A DNA stretch of 64,000 nucleotides from Spirochaetia bacterium (GCA_963662795.1 OY759746.1:448001-512000), one strand, 5' to 3'. Shown: positions 29,933-40,047, counted from the stretch's first letter. Numbers and translations are program-made. Notes: a model not told the origin generated them from the sequence alone.

Positions 29933-31735
29933 TTAATATGGAATTGATAAAATAATTTTAGTTCCCACTCCAATTTTACTTATTATCTCAATAGTGCCAT
30001 TAATTTTCAACATAATATCTTTAACAATAGAAAGCCCTAATCCTTTATTGTTAGTATTCTTATGTTTTGTAGAAAAGAAAGGATCAAATACTTTCTTAAT
30101 ATTTTTTTGATTAATTCCGGATCCATTATCAATTATAGTTATATTTAAAATATTTTTTAAATTATAGCAATCAATTTCGAGTAATCCTCCACTTTCCATT
30201 GCTTCAATACTATTAATTGAAATATTATATAGCACTTGCATAATAAGAATATAATTTAAGCTATATATTTTCTTAAAAGGATACTTAATCTCACATTTTA
30301 TATTTTTTTCATTAACATATGGTTCAATTTTATCCAATAAAGTCTTCATCAATTGCCGGATATCAACCCGAATGTTTAGTTTTTTATTATCTGTATACAA
30401 TTGAATAAAATTAATAATTGCTTTTTGCAAGCGTAATATTTCATTTTCAATCTGACATATATGACTTCTTTTATGAATTTCTTCTTCTGTAGATTTTTCC
30501 AATAATTTTAAATAATTCAAAATAATATTTGACGAATTACTAATCTCATGATTGAGTTTTTGTATAAAAATATCATTATATTCACTATATTTTTTATTGA
30601 TATTATATTTTTTTCCATTCATAAACAAAAATAATATATTTCCAGTATTATCTGCATATTTAAAATACTTATTTGTTAATGAAATAATTTCAATGTGACA
30701 TTCTTTTTCATCAGGGAAAATACTTGGTTTAACATCTTTAATTGTCCTATAATTCACCTTTTCAAATAAATTATTTAAATCAATGTTAAGTTTTTTTATA
30801 TCCAACAAATCAACAATATTCTTTCCTGAAATTGTATCTTTTGATAAATTTATTTTATATAAAAAATATTTATTTACAAAAATAATTTTAAACATTGAAT
30901 TTGTTACAAGCATAGGTATATCAATATTTTCTAAAATAGTACTCATAAAGATATTTTCTTCAAATAACTGATTGTTGTGTTCCTCCAGAGTTGATCTACT
31001 AATTAAAGAAGAAAAATAATTTTTCACAAAATCTTCTTTGTTGATTTCATATTGCACCAATTGCTTGGTCACATCTATTATTTTCCCATCATCTAAAATA
31101 AATATTTTTGAAGCGAATTTACTGATTTTATTATCTATTTCAGTTGCAAAATATAATATTGAAATACCTTTATCCCTTAATAGGGATAATAAAAAATATA
31201 ATTTTTCGATCTCATCTGTGTTTAACCTATCTGTCGGATAATTAAAAATTAATAATTTAGGTGAAAAATAAAATACTTTACCTAATTCCAGGAACAATCT
31301 ATCAACTCTGTTATACTTATATATTTTTTCATCCAAATTAAATGAAAGTTTTAAGTGATTGAATATATCGAGTATTTTTTTTTTTGCTTTTTTTATTGAT
31401 GGCAGCAATATTTTTATATTATTACTTATTGTATAGTTTTCTATTATATTTAGATTATCAATTAATCCTGATTCTGAAAATATTGCAGATATTCCAAGGC
31501 GAATTGCTTTTTTAGGTGTTAATTTTTGTATTTTTTTATTTAATATAAAAATATCCCCTGTGTAATTGTGACTCATCCCATAAATTATTCTGGACAATAC
31601 CGATGTACCTGAATCACGTTTTCCCACTATAACTGCTATTTCATCCGGATAAATTGTTAGATTTATATTTTTAATAATATTATTTGTTTTTGTCGTATAT
31701 ATATTTTTCAGTTTTAAAATACTACTCATAATCAT
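29933..31735 (-). CDS. Soluble histidine kinase with N-terminal degenerate sugar-ABC ATPase domain and PAS-like domain
   Basis: N-term GKRDSGTS, AIRLGISAIFSE, LLIFNYPT; PAS-like ILENIDIPMLVTN..IIFVN; NHEISN, QVLYNISINSIEA, DNGSGI, FDPFFSTK, GLGL. Confidence 0.88.
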   Translation of the reverse strand: MIMSSILKLKNIYTTKTNNIIKNINLTIYPDEIAVIVGKRDSGTSVLSRIIYGMSHNYTGDIFILNKKIQKLTPKKAIRLGISAIFSESGLIDNLNIIENYTISNNIKILLPSIKKAKKKILDIFNHLKLSFNLDEKIYKYNRVDRLFLELGKVFYFSPKLLIFNYPTDRLNTDEIEKLYFLLSLLRDKGISILYFATEIDNKISKFASKIFILDDGKIIDVTKQLVQYEINKEDFVKNYFSSLISRSTLEEHNNQLFEENIFMSTILENIDIPMLVTNSMFKIIFVNKYFLYKINLSKDTISGKNIVDLLDIKKLNIDLNNLFEKVNYRTIKDVKPSIFPDEKECHIEIISLTNKYFKYADNTGNILFLFMNGKKYNINKKYSEYNDIFIQKLNHEISNSSNIILNYLKLLEKSTEEEIHKRSHICQIENEILRLQKAIINFIQLYTDNKKLNIRVDIRQLMKTLLDKIEPYVNEKNIKCEIKYPFKKIYSLNYILIMQVLYNISINSIEAMESGGLLEIDCYNLKNILNITIIDNGSGINQKNIKKVFDPFFSTKHKNTNNKGLGLSIVKDIMLKINGTIEIISKIGVGTKIILSIPY

Positions 31736-33102
31736 TTATAATAATTACTTATGTTAAGTTCTTTTATCCTTGTGTACAATGTTTTTCTGCTTATTTTCAA
31801 AAGTTTTGCAGCTTTTTCTTTGTTTCCTTCACTTTTTGTAAGAGCTTCAATAATTATTTTCTTCATAAATTTTTTATCATAGTCATCAAATGCAATATCA
31901 ATGTTTTGTTTTTGATTACTTTCTGTATCAATATAAACTTCTTTTGAATATTCAATAATTCTATCTGGAAGATTTTCCTCAGTTATTTCCCGATTATCAC
32001 ATATAACAACACATCTTTCAATGCAATTCTTAAACTCACGGATATTTCCCTGCCATTGATAATTTTTCAAATAATTCAAAACTTTTCTGTCTATTTTTAA
32101 GATATTTTTATTGTACTTTTTATTAAATAAATGAATAAAAAAATTTGCCAATTCTTCAATATCATCCTTTAATTCATTAAGTGAAGGCATAATTAAATTT
32201 ACCCCGTTTATCCTGTGATAAAGGTCAAGTCTAAATTTATTTTCCTTTATCATTTTAATTAAATCCTTATTGGTTGCTGTAATTATTCTGATGTCAACAG
32301 TAATTAGCTTGCTTGATCCAATAGGTGTAAATTTGAAATCTTCCAAAAATCGCAGCATTTTTGCCTGTAGAGAGTCCGTCATATCCCCAATTTCATCAAG
32401 AAAAAGAGTACCATTTTTAGCTTGTTCAATTTTTCCAATTTTTCTATCATTAGCTCCCGTAAAAGCACCTTTCTCATAACCAAAAAGCTCACTCTCCAAT
32501 AATGATTCGGGGATTGCCGCACAGTTAATACAAATAAATGGTTTATTTGCGCGATTACTTACATCTACAATATGTTTGGCAATAAGCTCTTTGCCTGTAC
32601 CACTTTCCCCCTGAATGAGGACAGGGATATTTGTTTTTGCAAACTTTTCTGCAAGTCTTAGATTTGTTTGATATTTGTTATTTTTAAAAAATGAATAAAT
32701 ATAAGGTTCTTTTAATTTAAAATCTTCATAAAGGGGAAGATTTTGTTTTATTAGAACAAGTAATTCATTAAAATTAAATGGTTTTACCAGATAATCAATT
32801 ACTCCCAGTTTAAATGCATTACGGGCACCATCTAAAGATGCATATGCTGTCATTAGTATAATTGGTATTTTCTTTTTTATCTTTTTTATGAATACAATAC
32901 CTGACATGTTAGGCATTACAATATCAGATAATATAAGATCTATGCTTTTTATTTGGTCTATTATTTCCAAACCTTTATTTGCATCATTAGCAATAAAGAT
33001 ATTAAACCCTTCTGTTTCTAATAGCTTTTTTAATGATAAACACATTCCTGGCTCATCATCAACAACTAGAACATTATAAGTTTTTTTTCCGTTTAAAATC
33101 AT
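31732..33102 (-). CDS. Sigma54-dependent response regulator (NtrC/AtoC type)
   Basis: VVDDE, SDIVMP, GESGTGKE, GAFTGA, FLDEIGD, GNIRE, Fis-type HTH. Confidence 0.95.
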   Translation of the reverse strand: MILNGKKTYNVLVVDDEPGMCLSLKKLLETEGFNIFIANDANKGLEIIDQIKSIDLILSDIVMPNMSGIVFIKKIKKKIPIILMTAYASLDGARNAFKLGVIDYLVKPFNFNELLVLIKQNLPLYEDFKLKEPYIYSFFKNNKYQTNLRLAEKFAKTNIPVLIQGESGTGKELIAKHIVDVSNRANKPFICINCAAIPESLLESELFGYEKGAFTGANDRKIGKIEQAKNGTLFLDEIGDMTDSLQAKMLRFLEDFKFTPIGSSKLITVDIRIITATNKDLIKMIKENKFRLDLYHRINGVNLIMPSLNELKDDIEELANFFIHLFNKKYNKNILKIDRKVLNYLKNYQWQGNIREFKNCIERCVVICDNREITEENLPDRIIEYSKEVYIDTESNQKQNIDIAFDDYDKKFMKKIIIEALTKSEGNKEKAAKLLKISRKTLYTRIKELNISNYYK

Positions 33103-33150
33103 CTTATCAACACTTTACTATAGTATTTCAATAAAAAATACTTATTATTA

Positions 33151-33789
33151 CTAATAAATATTTTCATTTACGCTATTCTCTTTTAGCTTTTTTAAAAAAT
33201 TAGCTGCATAAACTCCATCAATAATCCTATGGTCAGCAGATAAATTTAAGCTAACAATATCATCGTCAGATTTTGAACCTATCCCAATGATTGCCACTTC
33301 AGGATAATTAATTATTGGATTAAATCTTTTAATGCCATAACTTCCTAAATTTGAAATCGTAAAAGTGCCGTTTGACATATCCATCAAGTTTAATTGATGA
33401 CTATTTGCTTTTTTAATAATTTCTACAAATTCATTTGCAATTGCATAAATTGTTTTTTTATTTGCGTTTTTTATATTTGGAACAAATAACCCATATTCTG
33501 TGTTTATTGCAAACCCTATATTTATTTCATTATGGATATTAATCATTTTGTCATCTACTGAAGCATTTAAAAGAGGGAAATCATTTAAAGTTACTGAACA
33601 TAATTTAATCATAAAGGGAAGAAATTGAATATTAATATTGTTATTCATTTTAAAATTATTTTTTAGTCTATATATTTCACTTACATTAAGTTCAATTTCA
33701 TAATCAACTTTAGGAATGATTTGCCAACTCTGACTCATTTTTGTGGCGATCCTCTTTCTTATGCCTTTAATTATTATTGGGGTAGACAT
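33151..33789 (-). CDS. 2-oxoacid/acetoin dehydrogenase E2, catalytic domain only
   Basis: RKRIATKM, GTFTISNLG, PIIN, DHRIIDG; own GGAG RBS. Confidence 0.9.
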   Translation of the reverse strand: MSTPIIIKGIRKRIATKMSQSWQIIPKVDYEIELNVSEIYRLKNNFKMNNNINIQFLPFMIKLCSVTLNDFPLLNASVDDKMINIHNEINIGFAINTEYGLFVPNIKNANKKTIYAIANEFVEIIKKANSHQLNLMDMSNGTFTISNLGSYGIKRFNPIINYPEVAIIGIGSKSDDDIVSLNLSADHRIIDGVYAANFLKKLKENSVNENIY

Positions 33790-33794
33790 GTTTT

Positions 33795-34037
33795 TTACTC
33801 CGAACAGTCAATATAGGCAATAACATCACCAGCTGTCACGTCTTCACCTTCGTTAAATTTAATTTCTGTCAGAACTCCATCAAATGGACATTCAATTTCA
33901 TTTACAGCTTTATCGCTCTCAACTGTTAAGAGTATTTCTCCCTTTTTTACTGCTTGTTGTTCTTTTATTTCCCATGAGACAATATTAACTTCTTCGTTAA
34001 TTTGACCGTACTTTGGCATTTTTATTTCACGCAACAT
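33795..34037 (-). CDS. Stand-alone lipoyl-domain protein
   Basis: IKMPKYG, VESDKAVNEIE (lipoyl Lys). Confidence 0.9.
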   Translation of the reverse strand: MLREIKMPKYGQINEEVNIVSWEIKEQQAVKKGEILLTVESDKAVNEIECPFDGVLTEIKFNEGEDVTAGDVIAYIDCSE

Positions 34038-34047
34038 AATTACCTCC

Positions 34048-35067
34048 TCAAATATTTAACATATCCAATATTTCTTTTTCAATTTTTTCTTCACCAGGAA
34101 TAACATATTTTTCCAAATCTGGAGAACAGGGGATTGGAATATCCATTGTTGTTACTTTTTTCACTGGACTGCACAATATTTTATAATTTTTTTCATAAAT
34201 AATTGATGACAACTCAGAACTCCAACTGCAAAAACCATTATCTTCGTCAACAATCATAAGTTTTTTTGTTTTTTTGACAGAACTGTCAATTAATTCTATA
34301 TCAAGTGGAACTAAAGTCCTGGGATCTATTATTTCAATATCAATTCCTTTTTTCTCATAAAGCCTCTGGCAAATTTTAATAGTTTTTTTAAGTAAAAGTA
34401 AAGTTGCAACTATTGTAAGATCTTTTCCTTTTCTTCTTATAATACCTTTACCAAATGGCGTTATTTCTTCAATTACACCTGATGAATCCTCTTCTTGTTC
34501 AACAGCACCTTTTTCTAATCTTCCTCCACCATATAAAAGCTTATGCTCTAAAAATAGTATAACGCCATTTGATCTAATAGCATTTTTCATTAACCCTTTT
34601 GCATCCTGAGGTGTAGACGGAACTACAACAGTTATTCCTGGAACATGACAAAAAAAAGCTGCTGGAGTTTGTGCATGCTGGGCTCCTCTAGAAGTAGCAC
34701 CTACCGGCGCTCTAATAATCACTGATATAGTATTTTTTCCACCTGACATAAATCTAATCTTTGCGGCCTGATTAACGATTTGATCCATAGCACAAAAAAG
34801 AAAATCCGAATATTGCACCTCGGTTATCGGTTTAAAACCCAACAGTGATACACCAACAGCAGAACCAATTATTGCTGATTCTGATATGGGTGTATCGATA
34901 ATTCTTTCATGCCCATATTTTTCTGACAACCCTTTAGTTACTGTAAAAGGGCCTCCCCAACCTCCAGTTATTCCAATATCTTCGCCAAGACATATTACTT
35001 TTGGATTAATATCCATTTCTTCATCTATAGCTTCATTAATAGCTTTTGCAATTGACAGTTTTTTCAT
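34048..35067 (-). CDS. TPP-dependent dehydrogenase E1 beta (AcoB/PdhB-like)
   Basis: GEDIG, DTPISE, DQIVNQAAK, GAQH, DPRTLVPLD. Confidence 0.93.
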   Translation of the reverse strand: MKKLSIAKAINEAIDEEMDINPKVICLGEDIGITGGWGGPFTVTKGLSEKYGHERIIDTPISESAIIGSAVGVSLLGFKPITEVQYSDFLFCAMDQIVNQAAKIRFMSGGKNTISVIIRAPVGATSRGAQHAQTPAAFFCHVPGITVVVPSTPQDAKGLMKNAIRSNGVILFLEHKLLYGGGRLEKGAVEQEEDSSGVIEEITPFGKGIIRRKGKDLTIVATLLLLKKTIKICQRLYEKKGIDIEIIDPRTLVPLDIELIDSSVKKTKKLMIVDEDNGFCSWSSELSSIIYEKNYKILCSPVKKVTTMDIPIPCSPDLEKYVIPGEEKIEKEILDMLNI

Positions 35068-35084
35068 ATTATTTATACACCTAT

Positions 35085-36029
35085 TTATAAAAATTCAAAT
35101 ATTCTCGTTTTATCAAGCAAATTACTTTCTTCCGCAAACTTAACAGCCTCATTTATCTCTTTTTCAATTTTAATATCAATTTTTTTCATTTTTTCTTCAA
35201 GAAATATGTTATCTCCAATTAATTTTTTCTTGAATATATTAATTGGATCATTTTTCCCCCATTCCTCTTCTTCTGCTTTATCACGATAACTGCATGCATC
35301 ATTTCTAGAATGCCCTCTATGCCGATAAGTTCTATATTCTATAAGAGTTGGTCCGTCACCATCACGTGCCCTGTCAATAGCTTTTTTAGCAATTTCCATT
35401 ACTGTATCAATATCATTACCAAAACCTGTTACACCTGGAATCCCATAACTTATTGCTCTATCTGATATTTTTTCAATATTAGTAGTTTTCTTATAATATG
35501 TAGATGCTGCATATAGATTATTTTCACATATAAACACAACCGGAAGTTTATAAACAGAACAAAAATTTATTCCTTCATGAAAAAAACCTTGATTACTTGC
35601 TCCATCTCCAAAAAAACAAACTGCCACATTTTTATTATTAAGTAATTTTAATCCCAGACCAATACCGGCAGAAATAGGTATATTTGCACCTACGATAGCA
35701 TTTGAAGTAACGATCCCTAAATCAATATTTCCCAAATGCATTGCTCCACCCAAACCTTTACAACAACCATTTTCTTTTCCGTATAATTCAGCCATGATTT
35801 CCCTCATAGTCATTCCTTTGGCAAGGCAATGTCCAACTGGTCTATGAGTACTTAAAATATAATCTTCTTTGGTTAATAAATTACAAACACCTACGGCTAT
35901 TGCTTCTTGTCCCTGGGATTGGTGAACTGTTCCTGGAATTGCATCTTGAAGAAATAAATAATAAACCGCATCTTCAAACATTCTAATTTGTTTCATTTTT
36001 TCATATAAAAATAGTTCTTTTTCCAACAT
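35085..36029 (-). CDS. TPP-dependent dehydrogenase E1 alpha (AcoA/PdhA-like)
   Basis: GQEA, STHR, FGDGA..ENN TPP motif, YRHRGHS. Confidence 0.93.
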   Translation of the reverse strand: MLEKELFLYEKMKQIRMFEDAVYYLFLQDAIPGTVHQSQGQEAIAVGVCNLLTKEDYILSTHRPVGHCLAKGMTMREIMAELYGKENGCCKGLGGAMHLGNIDLGIVTSNAIVGANIPISAGIGLGLKLLNNKNVAVCFFGDGASNQGFFHEGINFCSVYKLPVVFICENNLYAASTYYKKTTNIEKISDRAISYGIPGVTGFGNDIDTVMEIAKKAIDRARDGDGPTLIEYRTYRHRGHSRNDACSYRDKAEEEEWGKNDPINIFKKKLIGDNIFLEEKMKKIDIKIEKEINEAVKFAEESNLLDKTRIFEFL

Positions 36030-36045
36030 ATTTTGATTCCCCAAT

Positions 36046-36085
36046 TGGCAGAGGGTAGTCTTTAATTAACGACTACCCTCTGCCA
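36046..36085. repeat. Perfect 15-bp intergenic stem-loop
   Basis: TGGCAGAGGGTAGTC / GACTACCCTCTGCCA with no U tract. Confidence 0.85.
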
Positions 36086-36093
36086 GTTCAATA

Positions 36094-37458
36094 TCAAACA
36101 TCAATAAAAAGTTTATCCTGTAATTTTCTTAGTTGATGTACTAATGTATCTGTGTTTTTCATTTCAACATCGTTATAAGTAATAGCATTACCCTTCTTTA
36201 TCTCTTTCTTCAATACACACCCTTTAGCTAAACCAAAAGGAAGGAGATTATCATTTCGTGCAATTATAGCTTTCTCTATTCTTCCGGCAGAATAAAAACC
36301 GCCAATCTCATCAATAATATCTCCTGTTTTCAGATCTTTCTTTGCAATTGTTATTGTTTCTGCATATCTTTTTTCCGGTAGTGGGGCAACAGATGCTTGA
36401 TTATAGAGTGCTGCATAAGCAATTGATATAGGAGCTGTATTTCCAACCCAATGAATTGGTTCATACCAGACCCAGTTAGGACCAGGTCCACCGGAACCAT
36501 GGTATTTCAACCCTTCAGTTGCGGCTGTTACTTTTGAAGTTACTACAATAAAGCATAAAATTGTACCCACACCACCAGGAATACCTACCATTTCAACAAC
36601 ACCTTTTTGATTTAGTAAACCACCATCCTTTTTCAATGCAAATTTTGCTGCAGCATTTTTCTGAAAATCCCCATCAAATGCAATTAATGGACTATGTGTA
36701 CCTCTTACATCAGGGACAAGTCCTGTGGCATTTGCCAGCATTGTCAATTCTTCACTGGTTTTTGATCCATCATTAAATGATGCAAACATATATGGATTAA
36801 TTGGCATTGTTTTAGGATCAAATCCTCTTTTTTTTGCTCTTCCTTCAATCAATGTTTTTACAGTATCGGGATTCCAGTTTAAATCTGAGTTACCAGTATC
36901 ACCTCTTCCAGCCGCAACAACTTCAAATCCCAGGGAAGTTGCCTGATCGTATAATAATTTAATAACTCCAGGTTCATCTCCATAAATACCTGTGTAGGTT
37001 ACTCCGGCAGTGTCAGCAAGCATTTTAAGAATATGTCCAACAACGACATCCATTTCTACACTCATAGATACTACATGTTTTTTTCTTCTAATAGATTCAA
37101 AACAAAAATTAGTACCTACTTCAACATTTCCAGTACATTCAACAACCACTTGTATTTCTTTAAGTGCCAAAAGTATTTTGAAATCTTTAGTTACTACTAC
37201 TTTTTTATTTCTGATTGCCTTTTCTGCTTCTTCAAGATTTTTACAAATTGCTATTTTCTCATCACTTACACCTGACAATTGTAATACCTTAACACATTTG
37301 TCTGTATCGATATCGACAACAATTTTTACATCCATTCCAGGAGACATAGTTGTCTGCCCACAAAGATTCATTCCCATTGCACCGGCTCCGACAATGCCAA
37401 CACCTATTGAACACCCATCATTCTCCATTTGTTGAAGTTTAGTATTAAGACCAAACAT
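36094..37458 (-). CDS. NAD(P)-dependent homoserine-dehydrogenase-like oxidoreductase with C-terminal SAF domain (COG4091-like)
   Basis: GAGAMG, ECTG, GDEPG, FNDGSK, ANATG, AKKDLKTG..IGG, LPFGLA. Confidence 0.85.
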   Translation of the reverse strand: MFGLNTKLQQMENDGCSIGVGIVGAGAMGMNLCGQTTMSPGMDVKIVVDIDTDKCVKVLQLSGVSDEKIAICKNLEEAEKAIRNKKVVVTKDFKILLALKEIQVVVECTGNVEVGTNFCFESIRRKKHVVSMSVEMDVVVGHILKMLADTAGVTYTGIYGDEPGVIKLLYDQATSLGFEVVAAGRGDTGNSDLNWNPDTVKTLIEGRAKKRGFDPKTMPINPYMFASFNDGSKTSEELTMLANATGLVPDVRGTHSPLIAFDGDFQKNAAAKFALKKDGGLLNQKGVVEMVGIPGGVGTILCFIVVTSKVTAATEGLKYHGSGGPGPNWVWYEPIHWVGNTAPISIAYAALYNQASVAPLPEKRYAETITIAKKDLKTGDIIDEIGGFYSAGRIEKAIIARNDNLLPFGLAKGCVLKKEIKKGNAITYNDVEMKNTDTLVHQLRKLQDKLFIDV

Positions 37459-37466
37459 TTTTCCTC

Positions 37467-38231
37467 CTAATTAATCGATTTATATATTTCATTATACATT
37501 ATTGTATAATCTTCAATGTTGAGACCACTTCTACCAACAAATACACCTGATACATTATTTGTATTTATTATTTTTCTTATATTTTCAACTGAAACACTTC
37601 CGCCATAGAGAATGATAAATTTTTCATCATTCTTTCCATATATTTTATTGATATAGTTTTTTATAAAAGTATGCATATACTCTATGTATTTTTGATCTGC
37701 ACTATCCTTAGTTCCTATTGCCCATACCGGTTCATATGCAAAAATTATTTTTTTTGCATCATTGATTGTTATTCCGTATAGTGCTTCTTTCAATTGAAGT
37801 TGCAATATTTCTTCACTCAAGCCTTTTTCCTTTTCATCCTGATTCTCACCTATGCAAAAAATTGGTATTTTGCCATATCTAATTATTGCTTTTAGTTTTT
37901 TATTAATTACACTATTTGTCTCGGCGAAATATTTCTTTCTTTCTGCATGGCCCACCTCAATATATTCAACTCCTATTTTCACCAACTCTTTAATTGAAAC
38001 TTCTCCTGTGAAAGCACCATTATCTTCATACCATCCATTTTGGGCTCCTACCTTAACACCTGATTCATTTAAGATTAAAAGGACATCTTTGATAGCAGTA
38101 AGAGATGGCAAAACAAATAGTTCTACTTTATCATTTTTCAATTTAAGATTTTTAATTTTTAAAGCAAGATCTTTCGCCTCATTATCGCTCAAATACATTT
38201 TCCATCCACACCCAAATATTTTTTTCTCCAT
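37467..38231 (-). CDS. Triose-phosphate isomerase-family protein, non-housekeeping (LerI/EryH-like)
   Basis: GCGWKM instead of AGNWKM, EVGHAER, YEPVWAIG, YGGSV, FVGRS instead of LVGGAS. Confidence 0.85.
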   Translation of the reverse strand: MEKKIFGCGWKMYLSDNEAKDLALKIKNLKLKNDKVELFVLPSLTAIKDVLLILNESGVKVGAQNGWYEDNGAFTGEVSIKELVKIGVEYIEVGHAERKKYFAETNSVINKKLKAIIRYGKIPIFCIGENQDEKEKGLSEEILQLQLKEALYGITINDAKKIIFAYEPVWAIGTKDSADQKYIEYMHTFIKNYINKIYGKNDEKFIILYGGSVSVENIRKIINTNNVSGVFVGRSGLNIEDYTIMYNEIYKSIN

Positions 38232-38256
38232 TTAACACCCTCCAATGTTTTTATTT

Positions 38257-39051
38257 TTAATGGAATTCTCTTCCACCTGTTATATTTACTGATTGACCTG
38301 TCATAAAACTGGTTTTATCAGAACATAAAAATACAGCCATATTTGAAATATCATCACATTTACCTTTCCGTTTTAATGGTGTATTTTCTATTGTGAGCTT
38401 TTTTTTCTCTTCAATTGAAATATTTAATAATTTTGCCATATTCTCTGTTACTTTATCATTCATCCCAGTATCAATACTTCCCGGACAAATTGAATTTATA
38501 TTTATCCCATATTCCCCCAATTCACGGGCAAGACTTTGAGTAATATTTATAACAGCACTTTTAGATGCACTATATACTGTTTCGAATAAGAACCCTGTTT
38601 TTCCTGCTTGAGAAGCAATATTCACAATTTTTCCATATCGATTTTTTTTCATGTTGTTAATCACGGCCTGACAACAGAAAAAAACACTTTTTACATTTAT
38701 ATTGAATATTTTATCCCATATTTCTTCTGTTATATCTTCAACCCGACTAACATCAACAATACCAGCTGAATTTATTAGTATATCAATTCGTTTAAATTGT
38801 TCACAAATATTCTTAACTTCTTCGTCTACTCTATTTTTATCTGTAATATCAATTTTTATTGCCTGAAGATATTTTCCATTTTTTTGATTTTCCTCTATAT
38901 TTTTAATCGTATTATCGATATTAATATCAAAAATAAAAACTTTTGCTCCTTCCTTCACGAGTTCTCTGGAAATTGATAAACCAATACCAGCCCCTCCACC
39001 AGTGACAACTGCAATTTTATCTTTTAAAAACAGTTCCATATCAACCTTCAA
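38257..39051 (-). CDS. SDR oxidoreductase (polyol dehydrogenase-like)
   Basis: TGGGAGIG, NSAG, ASQAGK, YSASK, NITGG. Confidence 0.92.
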   Translation of the reverse strand: MKVDMELFLKDKIAVVTGGGAGIGLSISRELVKEGAKVFIFDINIDNTIKNIEENQKNGKYLQAIKIDITDKNRVDEEVKNICEQFKRIDILINSAGIVDVSRVEDITEEIWDKIFNINVKSVFFCCQAVINNMKKNRYGKIVNIASQAGKTGFLFETVYSASKSAVINITQSLARELGEYGININSICPGSIDTGMNDKVTENMAKLLNISIEEKKKLTIENTPLKRKGKCDDISNMAVFLCSDKTSFMTGQSVNITGGREFH

Positions 39052-40027
39052 TATTTTCTTTTTTCTTTAACAAACTATCTATTGCAACTGCAAATATAAT
39101 TAGAATACCAACTACAATTCTCTGAAAAAATGGGTTTACTCCAACAATATTTAGTCCATTTAATATTACGCCGTAAATCAAAATACCAAACCCAGTTTTA
39201 ACCATTGATCCTCGGCCACCAGATAGACTTGTCCCACCTATTACAACTGCAGCAATAGCATCCATTTCCAACCCTGAACCAGCAGATGATTCAGCAGCAT
39301 TCATACGCATCAGAAGAATAATTCCGCCAATCGATGTCATCATTCCTGATAACATATAAACGAATACGGTATTTCTTCTCACTGAAATGCCACTGATTTT
39401 TGCAGCCAGCGAGTTGCCGCCAATTGCATATATTGAACGACCCAATGTTGTATAACGCATTATCAGAATAAAAATAATAAAAATAATTATCACAATAAAT
39501 ATTATTGCTGGAACTCTTATCCATGTATTAGTTGCAAGATATCTGAAATTTTCTGGCAAAGGATAAATTGTAGAACCCAATGTATAAGTCAATTGAAGGC
39601 CTTTTGCAATTCCCATCATACCTAATGTTGCAACTAAAGGCGGTATTTTAAGAAAAACTACATTAACTCCATTAATACCTCCTAAAGCAATTCCTATAAG
39701 AATTGCAACTGAACAAGCTACTAAAATACTATTACCGCTTTTTAACATCCCAGCACAAATTGCAGATGTAACAGCTAACACAGACCCTACTGACAAATCA
39801 ATTCCACCAGTTAAAATTACTAACGTTTCTGCTATTGCCACAGGAGTTAATATTGATATTTGTAAAAAAATATTATAAATATTTCTTTCAGATAAAAATC
39901 TTGGCTCTGCAGTAAAAAATAATATAATCAAAATAAACAAAGCTAATATGAGTGGACTTTTATTTATCAATTTTAAAACTGTATTATTTTTCAACCTATA
40001 GGTATTTTTCATATAATCCTCCCCCAT
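39041..40027 (-). CDS. Sugar ABC transporter permease (RbsC-like)
   Basis: GGIDLSVGS, GRSIYAIGGN, AVVIGGTSLSGG. Confidence 0.95.
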   Translation of the reverse strand: MGEDYMKNTYRLKNNTVLKLINKSPLILALFILIILFFTAEPRFLSERNIYNIFLQISILTPVAIAETLVILTGGIDLSVGSVLAVTSAICAGMLKSGNSILVACSVAILIGIALGGINGVNVVFLKIPPLVATLGMMGIAKGLQLTYTLGSTIYPLPENFRYLATNTWIRVPAIIFIVIIIFIIFILIMRYTTLGRSIYAIGGNSLAAKISGISVRRNTVFVYMLSGMMTSIGGIILLMRMNAAESSAGSGLEMDAIAAVVIGGTSLSGGRGSMVKTGFGILIYGVILNGLNIVGVNPFFQRIVVGILIIFAVAIDSLLKKKENIEG

Positions 40028-40047
40028 TGCTGTCTGTATAAGTATTT

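Noticed and set aside
33151-36029. Housekeeping pyruvate dehydrogenase
   Set aside because: Split E2, no E3 and location in an AT-rich sugar operon argue against it; pdh symbols withheld.
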